A stretch of DNA of 22,328 nucleotides. Source: an uncultured virus (IMG/VR IMGVR_UViG_3300028797_000105). Lineage: Duplodnaviria > Heunggongvirae > Uroviricota > Caudoviricetes. Location: IMG/VR virus record IMGVR_UViG_3300028797_000105; one strand, given 5' to 3'. Below are positions 7,508 through 16,162 of the stretch, piece by piece; the first letter of the stretch is position 1; the number at the start of each line of letters is the position of its first letter. Position numbers and translations under genes: made by a program. The notes under the pieces were generated by a model. That model searched no databases, was not told where the DNA came from, and saw only the letters and a program-made list of their open reading frames with translations.

Positions 7508-8008
7508 TTACAAGTGTTTGATGGTTGCTTGTTTTATTTCTATCATAGAGTATGCTTTCGGATGAACAAGTCTTTTCCAGTCAGAGCCATATTTTATATA
7601 TTCACGAACACGGGTTGATGACACATTTGCCAATCCAATATCACACAAAGGAAACATAACAGTTTCAACACCGTCTTCGTGATAAATGCCAGCAAGTTCC
7701 ATTTCTTCTGCCGCATTTGAATATCGGAGTCCTCTTATGATATAATGTATGTTGTGCTTCTTGCAATAGTCAGTTAGAAGTCCGCTGCAAATATCAACAC
7801 CAGCAATCCCACAATCTTCAGATAACAAATCTATCATCTCTTTACGTTCATTTGCAGAAAACATACCGTTTGTTTTGTATGGATTAGCGCAAATCAATAC
7901 AGTTACATCAAAAAGCGCACTTGCTTTTTTGCATATTTCAATGTGGGCGGTTGTGAACGGGTCAAATGAGCCAGCGAACACGGCACGTGGTTTCATAAGT
8001 GTTTCCAT
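7508..8008 (-). CDS. coaD: Phosphopantetheine adenylyltransferase (CoaD/PPAT)-like nucleotidyltransferase
   Basis: AVFAGSFDPFTTAH, NPYK...FS..ER..MI, GLLTDY, IIRGLR, ETV.F, VSST.VRE; 166 aa is typical CoaD size. Confidence 0.85.
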   Translation of the reverse strand: METLMKPRAVFAGSFDPFTTAHIEICKKASALFDVTVLICANPYKTNGMFSANERKEMIDLLSEDCGIAGVDICSGLLTDYCKKHNIHYIIRGLRYSNAAEEMELAGIYHEDGVETVMFPLCDIGLANVSSTRVREYIKYGSDWKRLVHPKAYSMIEIKQATIKHL

Positions 8009-8011
8009 ATT

Positions 8012-9643
8012 CTAACATTTCTTGTTTTTCATTAAATCATCAATTCTCGCATCAACATCTTTTGCACGCACATAGCCTTCACGATTTGGATATTCAAATT
8101 CATCAAACGTGTTCCAATCAACATATTCTGGTTTGAATCCGCTGTCAAACTGCAAAAGGTCATCTGTTGTATGGCAGACTGGAAGGTACTTTCTTTTGTT
8201 GTTTTCCAAATTGTCGTAATACTTTACATATCCAAAATCGCCACGGCACAAACCTCTCTTTCTGTATTCAAACACAATATTGGTTATGTATTCAAGAAAA
8301 GCGTTTGTTGATGATATGATTTCTCCAACCGTAACATAAAGCACAAATCCATTTTCAAAAAGAACGACAACTCGTTTCGTATGATTGTGCTCACCAAAAT
8401 ATCTGACTCTTGTCGAGTACCCGCTCATCGCTTTTATTGTATCACGAATAACACGGGCACACATAAAATCGGCAATTCCGTTTATGTCCCGTCCGCATCT
8501 TTCAAGCGAACCGAATTTAATATCACCTGCGCTGCTGTGCCTATACAAATATGACTTTGCATTAAACAAGTCGGAAAACAATATATTTCTCACATCCCGT
8601 AAGCAGACATATCTGTCCTCATAGTCCATATTAGTCCATTCTTCGTATGTAAACGGGATGTTGTATTTGAAATCGTCATTCTTATAAACACCCAAATCGC
8701 CAACCGACTTTTTGAAGGCATTTTCAAGTTCTATGTATTTTCCGTGTATTGCATCGGCCACATCATCATAGTCTGTACTCTTGGCATTCATATTCTTGAT
8801 ATTGGACAAGCATTTTGCCTTTACATCCTCCCGTTTCTTAACCAAGTCGCAAACAAGAGCATCAACCCAATCAGCGTGCTTGTTTTTATTTGTGTCGTTT
8901 GTCGGATATTCTGACTGGTCTGCATCCACAATTCGTCCAATGACTTTCACTGGAGTATCGCCGTTCACACAATTCTTTTTTAGCAGTTTGTTTCCAATAC
9001 AACCACTATTTAAATTGTAATTGCCAATTATGCAGCCAGCATAATCCTCAAACAAGCAGGCGATACCGCACCCATTTGCATACGAGGCGTATGTGAATAC
9101 AATTGGATAATAATCCACACAATCTTCTATCAAATAAACCATAGACACGGCATATTTGAGAAAATCGTTGGTTGATTCAATTATGTTATCAAAAAAGCCG
9201 TCACCAATACTGATATATATGGCATAGCCAGATTCAAAAAGTATAACAACGCCATCAGTGTTTCCCTCATACCCCCAGTATCTTACTTTTGTTGAATGGC
9301 CAGTAACAAGTTTTATCGTGTCTCTGATTATTCTCGCACAAGTCATATCTGGAACAATGCTTTCCCTGCGGCCATATCTGTCAAACGAGCCGAACTTTAT
9401 CTCGTCATTCTCTTGGTATGCGTTTTCGTTGAATATGTCGGAAAACAATTTGTTTCTGACATTTCTTATGCAATGGTTGCGGTCATCATCGGAAAACTCT
9501 TTCCAATCATCCGACTTTATCGGAAAATCATATTTTAGTTCGAGTTCCTTTCCGAGCTCAAGTTCTGAAACAGCTTTGGCAAAATCATCATCAAACCGAA
9601 TTTGCAAATGTGCTATTTTCCAAGAAATCTGTTCTTCTGTCAT
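8012..9643 (-). CDS. 543-aa hypothetical protein with an internally duplicated ~130-aa domain
   Basis: VRN.LFSD.FN...IKFGS..R.GR...CAR.IRDTIK...G.ST.VRY.G...VV.LFE.G...STN.FL.Y occurs twice. Confidence 0.9.
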   Translation of the reverse strand: MTEEQISWKIAHLQIRFDDDFAKAVSELELGKELELKYDFPIKSDDWKEFSDDDRNHCIRNVRNKLFSDIFNENAYQENDEIKFGSFDRYGRRESIVPDMTCARIIRDTIKLVTGHSTKVRYWGYEGNTDGVVILFESGYAIYISIGDGFFDNIIESTNDFLKYAVSMVYLIEDCVDYYPIVFTYASYANGCGIACLFEDYAGCIIGNYNLNSGCIGNKLLKKNCVNGDTPVKVIGRIVDADQSEYPTNDTNKNKHADWVDALVCDLVKKREDVKAKCLSNIKNMNAKSTDYDDVADAIHGKYIELENAFKKSVGDLGVYKNDDFKYNIPFTYEEWTNMDYEDRYVCLRDVRNILFSDLFNAKSYLYRHSSAGDIKFGSLERCGRDINGIADFMCARVIRDTIKAMSGYSTRVRYFGEHNHTKRVVVLFENGFVLYVTVGEIISSTNAFLEYITNIVFEYRKRGLCRGDFGYVKYYDNLENNKRKYLPVCHTTDDLLQFDSGFKPEYVDWNTFDEFEYPNREGYVRAKDVDARIDDLMKNKKC

Positions 9644-9695
9644 AATAGTTCAAATTGTGGCTGTTATGTTCGCTTTTATGGCATAATAGTTCAAA
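9641..9695. repeat. 14-bp direct repeat CATAATAGTTCAAA at a gene junction
   Basis: Exact copies at 9641..9654 and 9682..9695. Confidence 0.75.
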
Positions 9696-10455
9696 ACAAA
9701 ACCTTTGTGCGTTTAAATGTTCCTTTAAGAACAAACAACTTTTCCGTATTGTGCTTCGTTATGGTGTTGTTTAATGCACAAGTAACGTCCTTGCTCCATA
9801 CACATTCAAAGTCATCTGGCATATTATATTCGGAAACGAAAAGCCTATGGCCGTCATTTACCATACGCCTGCACCAGTCATAAAACTCATCGTGGTTGAA
9901 ATCCTTTGAGAACTGGTATTGCTTTGTGTTCTTATATGGGGGGTCGGCGTATATGAGCGAGTTTTTTGGTATGTCAAGTTCCCTATAATCGCAACTTCTA
10001 AATTCCGTGCCATCAAGAAACGGAACTTGTTCCAAGGTGTTGTTTATATTCTCCGTTATGTAATCTCTCAATGCACCGCCTTTTATAACGACATTGTGCC
10101 CGCTGTAACCGCCGTCAAAGAAACGCCCGTTGAATGATGCCATATATCCAACCCAGCCGATAATGTCATCGGTATATCGGTTGTTCTTTCCGTGAAAACA
10201 ATCACGCACATCATCATAAAACGCCTTGTCTATAATTCGTGGCATATCTTTTTTTGCAACAAGACTTTTCCACATTGCGATAAGATACTTGTTCTTGTCA
10301 TTCGCTATTCGTTTTCCATTGACGTGCTGCAACACACTGCAACTTCCGCAAAACGGCTCTACATAATAACCGCTTTCGGAATAGGCACGCCATCCGTCCA
10401 ATATGATTGGAAGTATGTCGTTGGTATATTTGTTCTTGTTGCCTTGATATTTCAT
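9691..10455 (-). CDS. DNA adenine methyltransferase, Dam/D12 family
   Basis: MKYQGNK, motif I YVEPFCGSCSV, IAND.N..LI, catalytic IYADPPY; specificity not determinable from the sequence. Confidence 0.92.
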   Translation of the reverse strand: MKYQGNKNKYTNDILPIILDGWRAYSESGYYVEPFCGSCSVLQHVNGKRIANDKNKYLIAMWKSLVAKKDMPRIIDKAFYDDVRDCFHGKNNRYTDDIIGWVGYMASFNGRFFDGGYSGHNVVIKGGALRDYITENINNTLEQVPFLDGTEFRSCDYRELDIPKNSLIYADPPYKNTKQYQFSKDFNHDEFYDWCRRMVNDGHRLFVSEYNMPDDFECVWSKDVTCALNNTITKHNTEKLFVLKGTFKRTKVLF

Positions 10456-10456
10456 A

Positions 10457-10927
10457 TTACCATTTTATTACTGGCATCGGATATGCTTCTTCTTTTTTGT
10501 CAAACCACAGAAACGCTACTGATGCGTGATTTTTCAATATATTATTATACAGCGTATTTGTGCACAAAAACTGGGTTTCAAATTTTGTTTCTTTATGTAT
10601 GACAGCAAAAGCATCATATCCGCAAAACGGTATGTCTTCTGTTATGTAACGTGGATATGATTCGCCTTCATAGCACCCAGTTTCTTTTCGTATATCGTGA
10701 GCCAAAAATTCTGTTCTTGGCAAATGTTCAAGCATATCTTTAAAAACAAGTGCCGAGTATGATATTTCAACTATTCTTTGATTTTCCAAAACAGATTCAG
10801 ACACTTTGCGTTTAATTGCGCCAACGATATAATCGTTATATTTCAAATCCAAAGGTTCTTTATAAACAAGACCTATGTTCTGGTTTAATGAATGACTTGC
10901 AAGTTCGTATATTTCCTCCGTTGTCAT
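10457..10927 (-). CDS. Hypothetical protein, tandem paralog of 10931..11416
   Basis: Shares MT.EEI, LVYK, I.YSA, E.IPF.G...A.IH, FLWFD and MP.IKW with its neighbour. Confidence 0.85.
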   Translation of the reverse strand: MTTEEIYELASHSLNQNIGLVYKEPLDLKYNDYIVGAIKRKVSESVLENQRIVEISYSALVFKDMLEHLPRTEFLAHDIRKETGCYEGESYPRYITEDIPFCGYDAFAVIHKETKFETQFLCTNTLYNNILKNHASVAFLWFDKKEEAYPMPVIKW

Positions 10928-10930
10928 ATC

Positions 10931-11416
10931 TTACCATTTTATAGTTGGCATACCGCTTTCCGTGTTTTCATCGTCATCTTCGTCAAACCACAGAAACACT
11001 GGTGCTTTCTCGTCATTCAAAATTCTGTTTCTCACTTGGTCAACACAAATGTCATTGATTTTGGCAATAAGACAAATATGGATTATGGCATAGTTTTCAA
11101 ATCCGTCAAATGGAATTTCCTCCATAGAAGTCTGTGCTTTTTTCATAAGTTCAACACGCTCAATGTTAAGTTCGTGCGGCGTTTTGTCATAGGATTTCGC
11201 CCTGCCGACCATTTGTTGAACATATGTTTGCCTATGAACAAATGCGGAATACACTATTTTGTTAAAAGGGATTCCGTCCAGCAAGAACTTGGCAATCCTT
11301 TTTTGGATTTCCGTTTTTGAATAAATTGAATACTCAACACTTGGTGTTTCTTGCATATAGCAATCGCCTTTATATACAAGTTGCTTTGCTTCTTTCAGTA
11401 TTTCTTCTTTCGTCAT
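10931..11416 (-). CDS. Hypothetical protein, tandem paralog of 10457..10927
   Basis: Same shared motifs as its neighbour. Confidence 0.85.
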   Translation of the reverse strand: MTKEEILKEAKQLVYKGDCYMQETPSVEYSIYSKTEIQKRIAKFLLDGIPFNKIVYSAFVHRQTYVQQMVGRAKSYDKTPHELNIERVELMKKAQTSMEEIPFDGFENYAIIHICLIAKINDICVDQVRNRILNDEKAPVFLWFDEDDDENTESGMPTIKW

Positions 11417-11428
11417 ATTACAGTATTT

Positions 11429-11605
11429 TTATTTTTCTACATAATGTTCACAAGTTCTGCCACCAGTACAGCCGACAATATTATATCTGGTCGGTCTTGA
11501 ATGGCCGACAAGCGGATGCTTTCGTTCAGAGCAGGTGCATATTCCGCAGTTCTTCACGTTTGTTTTCTCAAAATGCTTGCAGTTGGTGCATCTTTTTGAC
11601 TTCAT
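11429..11605 (-). CDS. 58-aa Cys-rich protein (MKSKRCTNCKHFE...CGICTC...GCTGGRTCEHY)
   Basis: Manual translation; ATGA overlap with 11602..11802; CxxCxH pattern. Not in the ORF track. Confidence 0.7.
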   Translation of the reverse strand: MKSKRCTNCKHFEKTNVKNCGICTCSERKHPLVGHSRPTRYNIVGCTGGRTCEHYVEK

Positions 11606-11802
11606 AACTGGTCTTCGTTTAGAAATTCTATATTGACATTTGACATTAAAGTACCTTCCATCTGCAAATGTTTCAAGGAATCAACATATTCTTTTATTTT
11701 TGATATGGGTTCGCTCATATCAAATGTCTTTGTCTTGATAATTTCATCACATCTGTTATATGACAGCTGCTGTGTGATTATTGTTGTTACTCTCGCTTTC
11801 AT
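11602..11802 (-). CDS. Small hypothetical protein
   Basis: 66 aa, ATGA overlaps at both ends. Confidence 0.75.
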   Translation of the reverse strand: MKARVTTIITQQLSYNRCDEIIKTKTFDMSEPISKIKEYVDSLKHLQMEGTLMSNVNIEFLNEDQL

Positions 11803-12263
11803 AATACGGACGCAAGTTCTTTATAATGTTTCAACACATAAATCTGTGCATCGTTCACCGCTTCTTCCCAAGTTGAACAATATTGCGGCTCTGAATTTTC
11901 ATCTTTTTGTTTAAGGAGGCTGATTGGTTTTTCGTCATTTTTCAAACGATTTTTTGTTGTGAAACACGGAGCATATTGCCGTCTGCCATCTTTATATACC
12001 GTGCGGATTTCAATGTCAATATCCCTTTCACGAAGCCAAGCCAGAGCACGTTGTAATGTCGGTGCTGAATAGCATTCACCGTTTTCATCGTAATTTGCAA
12101 CAAGTTCACTATTACATTTTATAACGCCATCTTCGTTTTCGGTACAATATACATAATTCTTTGCGTTTTTTTCTTCTTTCCAAGCATATATGCAAGGTGC
12201 ATCAAAACCAAACGATTTCAGCAATTTGGCTGCGTCAAAAGAAACATAAGTATCGTCAAGCAT
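11799..12263 (-). CDS. Paralog family A protein
   Basis: YVSFDAAKLLKSFGFD...SAPTLQRALAWLRE...TWEEAVNDA. Confidence 0.88.
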   Translation of the reverse strand: MLDDTYVSFDAAKLLKSFGFDAPCIYAWKEEKNAKNYVYCTENEDGVIKCNSELVANYDENGECYSAPTLQRALAWLRERDIDIEIRTVYKDGRRQYAPCFTTKNRLKNDEKPISLLKQKDENSEPQYCSTWEEAVNDAQIYVLKHYKELASVL

Positions 12264-12268
12264 AATAT

Positions 12269-12463
12269 TTATTGTTTAGTTTTTCTTTTTTCAAATAATT
12301 CCAACGCCTTGTATGCAATATCATATAATTCTGGATTACCGTCAAGATATTCCATAGCTTGAATCATATAGCCGTATCCTTTTGTAATAAGAATTGCTTG
12401 TAATATGATTTCCTTATATGCATCCTTTTCTTCTTTTTTGTTTTTTGATGGGTAAACAAGCAT
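12269..12463 (-). CDS. Small hypothetical protein
   Basis: 64 aa, tight packing. Confidence 0.65.
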   Translation of the reverse strand: MLVYPSKNKKEEKDAYKEIILQAILITKGYGYMIQAMEYLDGNPELYDIAYKALELFEKRKTKQ

Positions 12464-12469
12464 TTCAAA

Positions 12470-12943
12470 TTATTTTTCTACGTTATCAATATAATGTTTA
12501 ATCGTATATTCAATTGCCTCGCTTTCAGCATTTTCATATTTGGAAAAATAATTATCGCTGTCAAATGTGATTTTCGTTTTGGTGTCTGTTATGGAGAACG
12601 TGTACTCAACGCCAGACTTCACATAGGCAAATCTTATCTGAACAATAATTCCGTATTTTTCACGAAGCCACTTTTCAACGATTGAAAGTGTCGGTGCAGA
12701 GCAGCAATCTTTGGAAACCCAATCTTCGGAATTTCTATTATATGACTCCCACAAGCAACCGCCTTTAACTTCAACGATTTCATTTTCTTTTCCTTCATCA
12801 ATAAGGTCAAGCTGTTCATCATAACTGATGGAACGTCCTTTATGCTGTATGTCGCTATGGTATAGCATAGGGGTCAATTCGTCAAACCCACATTTTTTCA
12901 GCAGCATTCCAAGTTTGTATGATACCAATACAAGTTTAAACAT
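12470..12943 (-). CDS. Paralog family A protein
   Basis: LVSYKLGMLLKKCGFD...SAPTLSIVEKWLREKYGI...KYENAESEAI. Confidence 0.88.
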   Translation of the reverse strand: MFKLVLVSYKLGMLLKKCGFDELTPMLYHSDIQHKGRSISYDEQLDLIDEGKENEIVEVKGGCLWESYNRNSEDWVSKDCCSAPTLSIVEKWLREKYGIIVQIRFAYVKSGVEYTFSITDTKTKITFDSDNYFSKYENAESEAIEYTIKHYIDNVEK

Positions 12944-12950
12944 AATTCTG

Positions 12951-13580
12951 TTATTTGAATATTTTTGTGAAATAAAACTTCAATGCGGCATTCACGGCAT
13001 CCTCATAATGAGGATATTCTATAACTCTTTTGTTGAGTCCGAGGAAATTGCGTTGTGTCAGACTGACCAGAGTGAACGTGTAGCCGAATGATGACTTTTT
13101 GTTGAAAATGCCAGTATGTATTTGGATTTGAACACCCTGCTCCAAACGCAGCCATTTCATAGTCTTGTATAAAGTTGGTGCTCCATATAAAACCTCATCC
13201 TTGCTGTATGGACAAGCACCCAACGATTCATAGAAAGTTCCGTTGTTGTCATATACGGCAGCAAACGGGATTTTTACTTTCTTTTTCTTAATCAGTTTCG
13301 CCACTTCAAAATCAACATAGTCCTCGTCTATAACAGTATTTCCCTTCGGTGTGTTTGCAGAGCCGTGCTCACCAACAAGGTCGTGCACAGTTCCTCCCCA
13401 TCCGCAGGTGTTGCATTTTACAGAGTTCAAATCCTTGAAATCGTTTGGCTTGCTTGCATCAAATATATAAGCGGCCAAAGTCTTTGTCAGATTCTTGCTG
13501 CCGCAGTTCGAACAATACTGATGGTTGTCATAATATAATTTCCGCAATATGTCGGAAGATAGTTCCTTGCTGTTACTCAT
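12951..13580 (-). CDS. Zinc ribbon fused to family A domain
   Basis: N-terminal CSNC...CNTC; then EDYVDFEVAKLIK...GAPTLYKTMKWLR...YEDAVNAAL. Confidence 0.88.
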   Translation of the reverse strand: MSNSKELSSDILRKLYYDNHQYCSNCGSKNLTKTLAAYIFDASKPNDFKDLNSVKCNTCGWGGTVHDLVGEHGSANTPKGNTVIDEDYVDFEVAKLIKKKKVKIPFAAVYDNNGTFYESLGACPYSKDEVLYGAPTLYKTMKWLRLEQGVQIQIHTGIFNKKSSFGYTFTLVSLTQRNFLGLNKRVIEYPHYEDAVNAALKFYFTKIFK

Positions 13581-14065
13581 AATTCTCCGTTATTGTATTT
13601 TTCCAAAAGGGTTTCGCATTGCTTTGCGTATTCAAATGCAAGGGTGACTGGAATTTGAAGTTCCTCGACATCATCAAGTTTGGCAAGAAGCCAGCAGGCG
13701 CATTTCACGGGTTCGTCATACGTCCAATGCTTGCATTGGCATTCCCTGCATCTCTCTTTTGGGTGTCCAGCAGAACAATGCTCTGCGCCATCAAGGTTTT
13801 CATTTCCGCAACTCATTTGACGCAATTTATAAATCTCGCCAACATTACGTAACGGCCAAGTTTCAACATCGTGCCCGTTGCGTTTCAGTGCGTTTGGCTG
13901 CAACTTGTCATACCAAGACAAGCATCTGTTGTCGTGTGGAGCACCATCTTGAAACGCATATTCAATATACCTCCCAAAGTCATCCTCTTTCAGAACAACA
14001 TATTTGTCAAGAGTGTTTGTTACTGTGGCGTAAGCCATCCTTGTTATAAATTCTGTTTTTTCCAT
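13577..14065 (-). CDS. Cys-rich hypothetical protein, first gene after the promoter cassette
   Basis: 162 aa; HCSAGH...CRECQCKH...CAC. Confidence 0.8.
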   Translation of the reverse strand: MEKTEFITRMAYATVTNTLDKYVVLKEDDFGRYIEYAFQDGAPHDNRCLSWYDKLQPNALKRNGHDVETWPLRNVGEIYKLRQMSCGNENLDGAEHCSAGHPKERCRECQCKHWTYDEPVKCACWLLAKLDDVEELQIPVTLAFEYAKQCETLLEKYNNGEL

Positions 14066-14084
14066 ATATGTTATTTTTGATTAC

Positions 14085-14156
14085 GCCGCAAAAATACAAT
14101 ATTATTTTAATACTACAACAAAAAATTCCAGAAAGTTATCAACAAAGTTATCAACA
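14085..14156 (-). promoter_or_regulatory. 72-bp promoter cassette, copy 2
   Basis: TGTTG-N19-TATTTTTG plus tandem TGTTGATAACTT; 25-bp block identical to 6776..6800 and 13-bp block identical to 6729..6741. Confidence 0.8.
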
Positions 14157-14158
14157 AA

Positions 14159-14602
14159 TTAGATTTCAATTTTTTGGAACAGAGTCATAGCATTTTTTAG
14201 AAGATGTGTGAATTTGGATTTGTCTCCATAATAAGTGCAGTATATTCTCCTACTATTTAAAAAATGATACGCATCATCCTCACCGAGTGTTAGTATCTGA
14301 ATTTCTTTGGTCGTTTTGTTTGCAATAATAGCAATACCGTCATTACCGTCAAGAGAATAGACACGAACACACTTGTTTTCATCTTCAAACACTCGTGAGA
14401 TTGGAAAGTTTTCATACATTCCGTCTTGCCCTCCGACTTCGTTCCAAATCTCGTACATATCGGATGCGATAAGCTCTTTTAACTCATAGTCCTCGTCAAG
14501 TGCCTCTGTTCCCAACAATTCGTGTCTGTATTCACGAAGTTCTGGCGTGTCTTTGTAATTGACATAAATTGTGTGCGTTTCGTTTTTTTCAACAGTTTTC
14601 AT
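14159..14602 (-). CDS. Hypothetical protein
   Basis: 147 aa; lies between the 13-bp motif/terminator and the promoter cassette. Confidence 0.8.
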   Translation of the reverse strand: MKTVEKNETHTIYVNYKDTPELREYRHELLGTEALDEDYELKELIASDMYEIWNEVGGQDGMYENFPISRVFEDENKCVRVYSLDGNDGIAIIANKTTKEIQILTLGEDDAYHFLNSRRIYCTYYGDKSKFTHLLKNAMTLFQKIEI

Positions 14603-14622
14603 ATATAAATGCTTTATAATCT

Positions 14623-14635
14623 AATATAATAAAAA
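14623..14635 (-). promoter_or_regulatory. Recurrent upstream motif TTTTTATTATATT (copy 2)
   Basis: Exact 13-mer; its T-run is also the U-tail of the adjacent terminator. Confidence 0.5.
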
Positions 14636-14663
14636 ACGGAAGACCTATGCGTAAATCTTCCGT
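14631..14663 (-). terminator. Rho-independent terminator
   Basis: ACGGAAGAUUUA-CGCA-UAGGUCUUCCGU: 12-bp stem with two G-U pairs that form only on the minus strand, then UUUUU; 22 nt after the stop at 14686. Confidence 0.85.
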
Positions 14664-14685
14664 AAAATTTCTATAATGAATGTTC

Positions 14686-15531
14686 CTATGACAAATTTTT
14701 AAACTGCTCATTAAACAACTCGCAGCCACTTCGCCAATCTTCATCATAACAGCCAAGGCATCTTTGAGTACCACAACTGACACAATTTTCTTCGTGAAAC
14801 CTTCTCAAACGTTTTTCTAAATTTTCAGATTCATCTATATTGGTATCACTATTGCAATTTGTATTATGAACATACAATGTATCAAGTGCATCCTCTCCAA
14901 ACTCAAACACCGTTCCATATTTTGATTCCAGAGTATATTCTGCTTCAAAAGGTTTCAATGTTATCTTCGTTATTTTGATTGCTGGAAAATCACATCCACC
15001 TTTTTTAGTGAACACATCGCCTATATGGTATTTTGGTTCATATGGCAACGGCGTTACTTGCGTGCTGGCATAATAACTTGGATTGTCCATAACTTTATTG
15101 AAATGCCCGTTTTCACTATTATAATTGCCAAGTGTTTTGTTTGAATCTTCAATATTTGTCTGAACAATTATTGCTTCCGTTTGTGTATCGGGTTTTTTGT
15201 CTTTCTGTTTCCGCCACCATTGCCCGTCTTGAAATCCACGGATATAAACCTGCAACGCATTTGGAAACTCGGACAATTTCAATCCGTATGCTTTGTTTCT
15301 TGCAACTGTTAGAACTTCATCATCAGTAAGATACTGGGTGCTTTCGTTTTCTATGGTTTCTTGGTCATTGTTGACGAGTTTTTCAATCCAGTCCATCCAT
15401 TCCTCTGTCCAATTCCGCTCGTGGGAAACATAAGAACCTTCACAAGCAAACCCACGTGTCGCATTTGACAAGTACACGAATTTTTTTTCAAATGCGTCAA
15501 GAATTACCATAAGTTTTTCTTCAGCCGTCAT
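14686..15531 (-). CDS. Multi-domain hypothetical protein with C-terminal Cys cluster
   Basis: Likely ATG 15531 (track start TTG 15537); C-terminal CVSCGTQRCLGC...GC. Confidence 0.8.
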   Translation of the reverse strand: MTAEEKLMVILDAFEKKFVYLSNATRGFACEGSYVSHERNWTEEWMDWIEKLVNNDQETIENESTQYLTDDEVLTVARNKAYGLKLSEFPNALQVYIRGFQDGQWWRKQKDKKPDTQTEAIIVQTNIEDSNKTLGNYNSENGHFNKVMDNPSYYASTQVTPLPYEPKYHIGDVFTKKGGCDFPAIKITKITLKPFEAEYTLESKYGTVFEFGEDALDTLYVHNTNCNSDTNIDESENLEKRLRRFHEENCVSCGTQRCLGCYDEDWRSGCELFNEQFKNLS

Positions 15532-15543
15532 ATCCAAATAGTT

Positions 15544-15705
15544 TTATTCTTCGTACAAACCGATAAATCTGCGTTTTTTGGTGTTTGACAAACCGAGCAG
15601 TTTGCCAATGTTTTCCGCCCAGCAAGTAGTTTCAAATCTGAATTTACGCCAGTTAAACCAAATGAACTGGCAATTTCCGTTCTTGTTAAATCTAATTATT
15701 TTCAT
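15544..15705 (-). CDS. Small basic hypothetical protein
   Basis: Likely start ATG 15705 (MKIIRFNKNGNCQFIWFNW), 53 aa. Confidence 0.6.
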   Translation of the reverse strand: MKIIRFNKNGNCQFIWFNWRKFRFETTCWAENIGKLLGLSNTKKRRFIGLYEE

Positions 15706-16156
15706 CGTCTTTTGTATTTTGTTGTTTAAATCGTATATACATATCTTCTGGTGCTTCAATCGCAAGCCCCTTTCCGATAAGGTCATTGTAATCAAGAAAG
15801 TGCTCATTCAAAAAGCGTATAGATTTTCCGTGGCTTTCGGCAAATAATATCGGTGCTTTTGTTTCTCTATCTTTTTCGGAAATCAAGTCAATAGCTGCAA
15901 CTGGTTCAATGAACAAATCAACCCATTCCTCTCTTTCATCTTCAGTCATTGATTTTATTGGCCGCAAATATGGCCTCACTTCCTCAATAAGTGGATTGCC
16001 TTCCGTGTATGACATAAATGGTTTCAGAACGCTCACTCGTCCGAACCCAATGTTTATTATGTTATAGTCTTCGCCGTTCCATCTCACCATAAAATCGTAA
16101 TATGGAAGTCTGCCGCAAAGGTCTTCTGTCAATAATTTATTTTCTTCGTCTGTCAT
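15692..16156 (-). CDS. Paralog family B protein
   Basis: EDLCGRLPY...RPYLRPIKSMTEDE...FLNEHFLDYNDLIGKGLAIEA. Confidence 0.88.
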   Translation of the reverse strand: MTDEENKLLTEDLCGRLPYYDFMVRWNGEDYNIINIGFGRVSVLKPFMSYTEGNPLIEEVRPYLRPIKSMTEDEREEWVDLFIEPVAAIDLISEKDRETKAPILFAESHGKSIRFLNEHFLDYNDLIGKGLAIEAPEDMYIRFKQQNTKDDENN

Positions 16157-16162
16157 ATTTCT

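Noticed and set aside
9691..11416. Restriction-modification system
   Set aside because: No recognisable endonuclease motif in the neighbouring genes; orphan MTases are common in phages.
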